DNA from: a virus
IMG/VR virus record: IMGVR_UViG_3300025466_000014
Strand: one strand, 5' to 3'
DNA: 64,000 bases
Positions 61,641-64,000 of the stretch are shown here, piece by piece. The translations under genes and the position numbers were made by a program. The notes below the pieces were generated by a model. It had not been told where the DNA came from. It did not search any database and worked only from the letters and a program-made list of their open reading frames with translations. Position 1 is the first letter of the stretch. Each line of letters starts with the position of its first letter.

Positions 61641-64000
61641 TTAAACCCATGTCCAGCCAATTGTGTATGAACCAATGGCCACACCTATTGCTGGTTTTAC
61701 ATAAATCTGAAAGCTACCGCCAGCGCCTGTATCTGGAACTATGTTACCTGCATAACAACGCATTTGTTCTACCCAAGGTGAATCGTCGCCTCCTACTAAA
61801 TTAACGTTAGCATTGATTGCACTAGTTGCCAATAAACCTGTCTGTCCTGAGACCGTTATGACTAAATCTAATGCACCTGAACCAAAGTTTGCCGTAGCCG
61901 TACCTTTGTTTGTAGCCGTACCACTTGTGGGTGATGACCAGGTAGGCGTTGTGCCTACCATGGTTAGAACCTGTGTAGGTGAACCTGCTGCAATAAATCC
62001 TGTTGCTCCTGCGCCTGTTTGGTAAGGCAAGGCCCCTGCAGTTCCTCCGGCCACGTTAGTAGCTGTACCTGCGTTGCCCGTAACCGAACCTGCTATAGGA
62101 GCAGTGACTGTCAGACCTGTTAGAGTGCCAACAGACGTGATGCTAGGCTGAGCAGCCGTTGTTACAGTACCTGCACTAGTTGCACTTGTAGCAGTTGCAG
62201 CGTTGCCTCCAATGGAGAGGTTAGCTACAGGCGTAGTGGAGGAAACCACAAAGGGTGCCGTACCAGTAGCGACTGTAGACGTTAACTGCCCAGTTGCACC
62301 GTTAAGCGTTAACGTATTTGCGCCGCCAATGGAAACCGTGGAGGTACCGTCAAAAGTAAAGTTGGCTGAACCTGCAAAAGTACCAGCACTGTTATACTGA
62401 ATTTGCGTGGTAGAACCACCGGGTGTTCCTCCACCACCTCCGCTAGCCGCTGCCCAGGTAAACGCTGAACCTGTCCATTGCAGATAAGTAGACGCTACTG
62501 TGGGCGCCGTTATAAATCCTGTTGTACCTGCGGCTGTCTGGTAAGTTAACTGATTTGTGGCACCCCCGGCAACTGACGTAGCTGTACCTGCGTTACCTGT
62601 AACCGAACCTGCTATAGGAGCAGTGACTGTCAAGCCTGTTAACGTACCTACTGAGGTAATGTTAGGTTGTGCGGCAGTTGTTACCGTTCCTGCGGTTGTT
62701 GCTGTCGCCGCATTGCCTCCAATAGATAAGTTGGCGACAGGAGTAGTTGAGGCGACTACAAATGGTGCTGTACCCGTCGCAAGAGTGGATGTCAACTGAC
62801 CGCTCATCGAAAGCGTGGTCAATCCTGCCAGTGCAGTAGCTGAGGCACCTAGTGCGATAGCGGTTGAGCCAATGGTAACAGAACTATTGGTTAAACCTGT
62901 GTTTGGAATACCAGTGAAGTTAGTACCAGTCAGCGTGGGCGCTGTCGAAAAAGCAGGGATAGCAGAAGCTGAGCCCACTAAAACACCAGCAGCACCGGCC
63001 GTTACCGCAGGGGTTCCTGTTGCACCCGTTGTAACGACACCGTAGTTGGCCGTAGTAACAAATCCTGTTGTACTTGCGGCAGTTTGATAAGCTAACTGAT
63101 TAGCCGCGCCACCCGATATATTGGTCGCGGTACCTGCGTTACCGCTTACTGATCCTGTGATAGTTCCCGTGACTGTTAGTCCAGTAAGTGTTCCGACAGA
63201 CGTTATACTAGGCTGCGCCGCTGTTGTTACAGTACCTGCGGTTGTTGCTGTTGCTGCATTACCGCCGATTGACAAGTTAGCTACAGGGGTTGTTGAGGCA
63301 ACCACGAAAGGCGCGGTACCAGTGGCAAGAGTGGACGTTAGCTGACCACTCATTGAGATAGTAGTTAATCCCGCGAGTGCTGTTGCTGTCGCACCCAGAG
63401 CAACTGCGGTTGAACCAATGGTAACTGAGCTATTGGTTAGTGCGGTATTGGCAATACCAGACAACGTTCCACCTAAGGTTAAAGAGCCTGTAGTGGAGAC
63501 TGTACCAGTTAAGGTTATTCCGTTAACAGTGCCAGTACCCGATACAGAAGTTACTGTACCACCTCCACCGCCAGTTACGGCTGCCCAAGCAAACGCGGTC
63601 CCCGTCCATTGTAGATAGGTTGCACCAGTTGTCGGGGCAACTACAAAGGAACTAGTGCCGGCACCTGTTTGATAAACTAATTGATTTGCTACTCCGCCAG
63701 CCACGTTAGTAGCTGTACCCGCGTTTCCACTTACTGAGCCTGCAATAGTTCCGGTAACAGTTAGACCTGTTAGAGTACCAACCGAGGTAATATTAGGCTG
63801 AGCAGCCGTTGTTACAGTACCAGCGGTATTGGCAGAAGTAGCCGTAGCTGCATTGCCCCCAATTGATAAGTTGGCGACAGGAGTAGTTGAAGTAATAACA
63901 AAAGGTGCCGTACCTGTAGCAAGAGTAGACGTTAGTTGCCCACTCATTGATAAGGTCGTTAAGCCTGCTAAGGCTGTAGCGGACGCACCTAATGCTACTG
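61641..64000 (-). CDS. Long repetitive tail fibre, 5'-truncated by the window
   Basis: The frame stays open upstream of 63947 to the window end (VALGASATALAGLTTLS-MSGQ); at least 4 copies of a ~130-190-aa unit. Confidence 0.85.
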   Translation of the reverse strand, partial: VALGASATALAGLTTLSMSGQLTSTLATGTAPFVITSTTPVANLSIGGNAATATSANTAGTVTTAAQPNITSVGTLTGLTVTGTIAGSVSGNAGTATNVAGGVANQLVYQTGAGTSSFVVAPTTGATYLQWTGTAFAWAAVTGGGGGTVTSVSGTGTVNGITLTGTVSTTGSLTLGGTLSGIANTALTNSSVTIGSTAVALGATATALAGLTTISMSGQLTSTLATGTAPFVVASTTPVANLSIGGNAATATTAGTVTTAAQPSITSVGTLTGLTVTGTITGSVSGNAGTATNISGGAANQLAYQTAASTTGFVTTANYGVVTTGATGTPAVTAGAAGVLVGSASAIPAFSTAPTLTGTNFTGIPNTGLTNSSVTIGSTAIALGASATALAGLTTLSMSGQLTSTLATGTAPFVVASTTPVANLSIGGNAATATTAGTVTTAAQPNITSVGTLTGLTVTAPIAGSVTGNAGTATSVAGGATNQLTYQTAAGTTGFITAPTVASTYLQWTGSAFTWAAASGGGGGTPGGSTTQIQYNSAGTFAGSANFTFDGTSTVSIGGANTLTLNGATGQLTSTVATGTAPFVVSSTTPVANLSIGGNAATATSATSAGTVTTAAQPSITSVGTLTGLTVTAPIAGSVTGNAGTATNVAGGTAGALPYQTGAGATGFIAAGSPTQVLTMVGTTPTWSSPTSGTATNKGTATANFGSGALDLVITVSGQTGLLATSAINANVNLVGGDDSPWVEQMRCYAGNIVPDTGAGGSFQIYVKPAIGVAIGSYTIGWTWV

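Noticed and set aside
1-64000. Alternative genetic code (stop-codon reassignment)
   Set aside because: Conserved genes (gyrB, gyrA, recA, terL, portal, baseplate) are full length in code 11, and TAA, TAG and TGA all end genes.
47998-64000. Diversity-generating retroelement or invertible fibre cassette
   Set aside because: There is no reverse transcriptase or invertase, no adenine-specific TR/VR pair, and no flanking inverted repeats.
1-64000. Phage nucleus (chimallin/PhuZ) or phage-encoded multisubunit RNAP
   Set aside because: No recognisable motifs are in this window. They cannot be excluded elsewhere in the genome.

Overview
This window is 64 kb of a large lytic dsDNA tailed phage: a jumbo-type myovirus of a Gram-negative host, judging by the spanins, GH19 endolysin, contractile-tail baseplate with a VgrG/gp5-like spike and PAAR tip. 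I found no rRNA, tRNA, CRISPR array, integrase or housekeeping operon. The + strand (1-53.4 kb) encodes, in order: histone-H1-like proteins around a two-subunit type IIA topoisomerase; an accessory/early region (HNH, sigma-like factor, nucleotidyltransferase, ASCH, hexapeptide-repeat, HAD, WYL_2, DEDD exonuclease); a zincin protease, SWIM protein, second sigma-like factor, gp32-like SSB and RecA; terminase, RuvC, MmcB-like nuclease and portal; tail tube/hub/baseplate genes, collar fibres, TraR and a 5'-3' exonuclease. The - strand (53.4-64 kb) encodes a lysis cassette and a cluster of large fibre/adhesin genes, one running off the window end. Gene content and order remind me of Lu11/PaBG/Y3-type jumbo phages, but that is recollection, not a search result. 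The best leads are: (i) two phage sigma-like factors with two recurring promoter motifs, suggesting a sigma cascade; (ii) a chromatin/condensate-like set of basic, acidic and polyampholyte proteins with a CTD-less GyrA; (iii) a candidate +1 frameshift in the tail chaperone genes; (iv) a degenerate Acb1-like 2H protein; (v) a nucleotidyltransferase-ASCH pair; (vi) a trypsin-like protease in the fibre cluster. All functional calls come from motifs read by eye, and some start codons were adjusted using RBS or overlap evidence.
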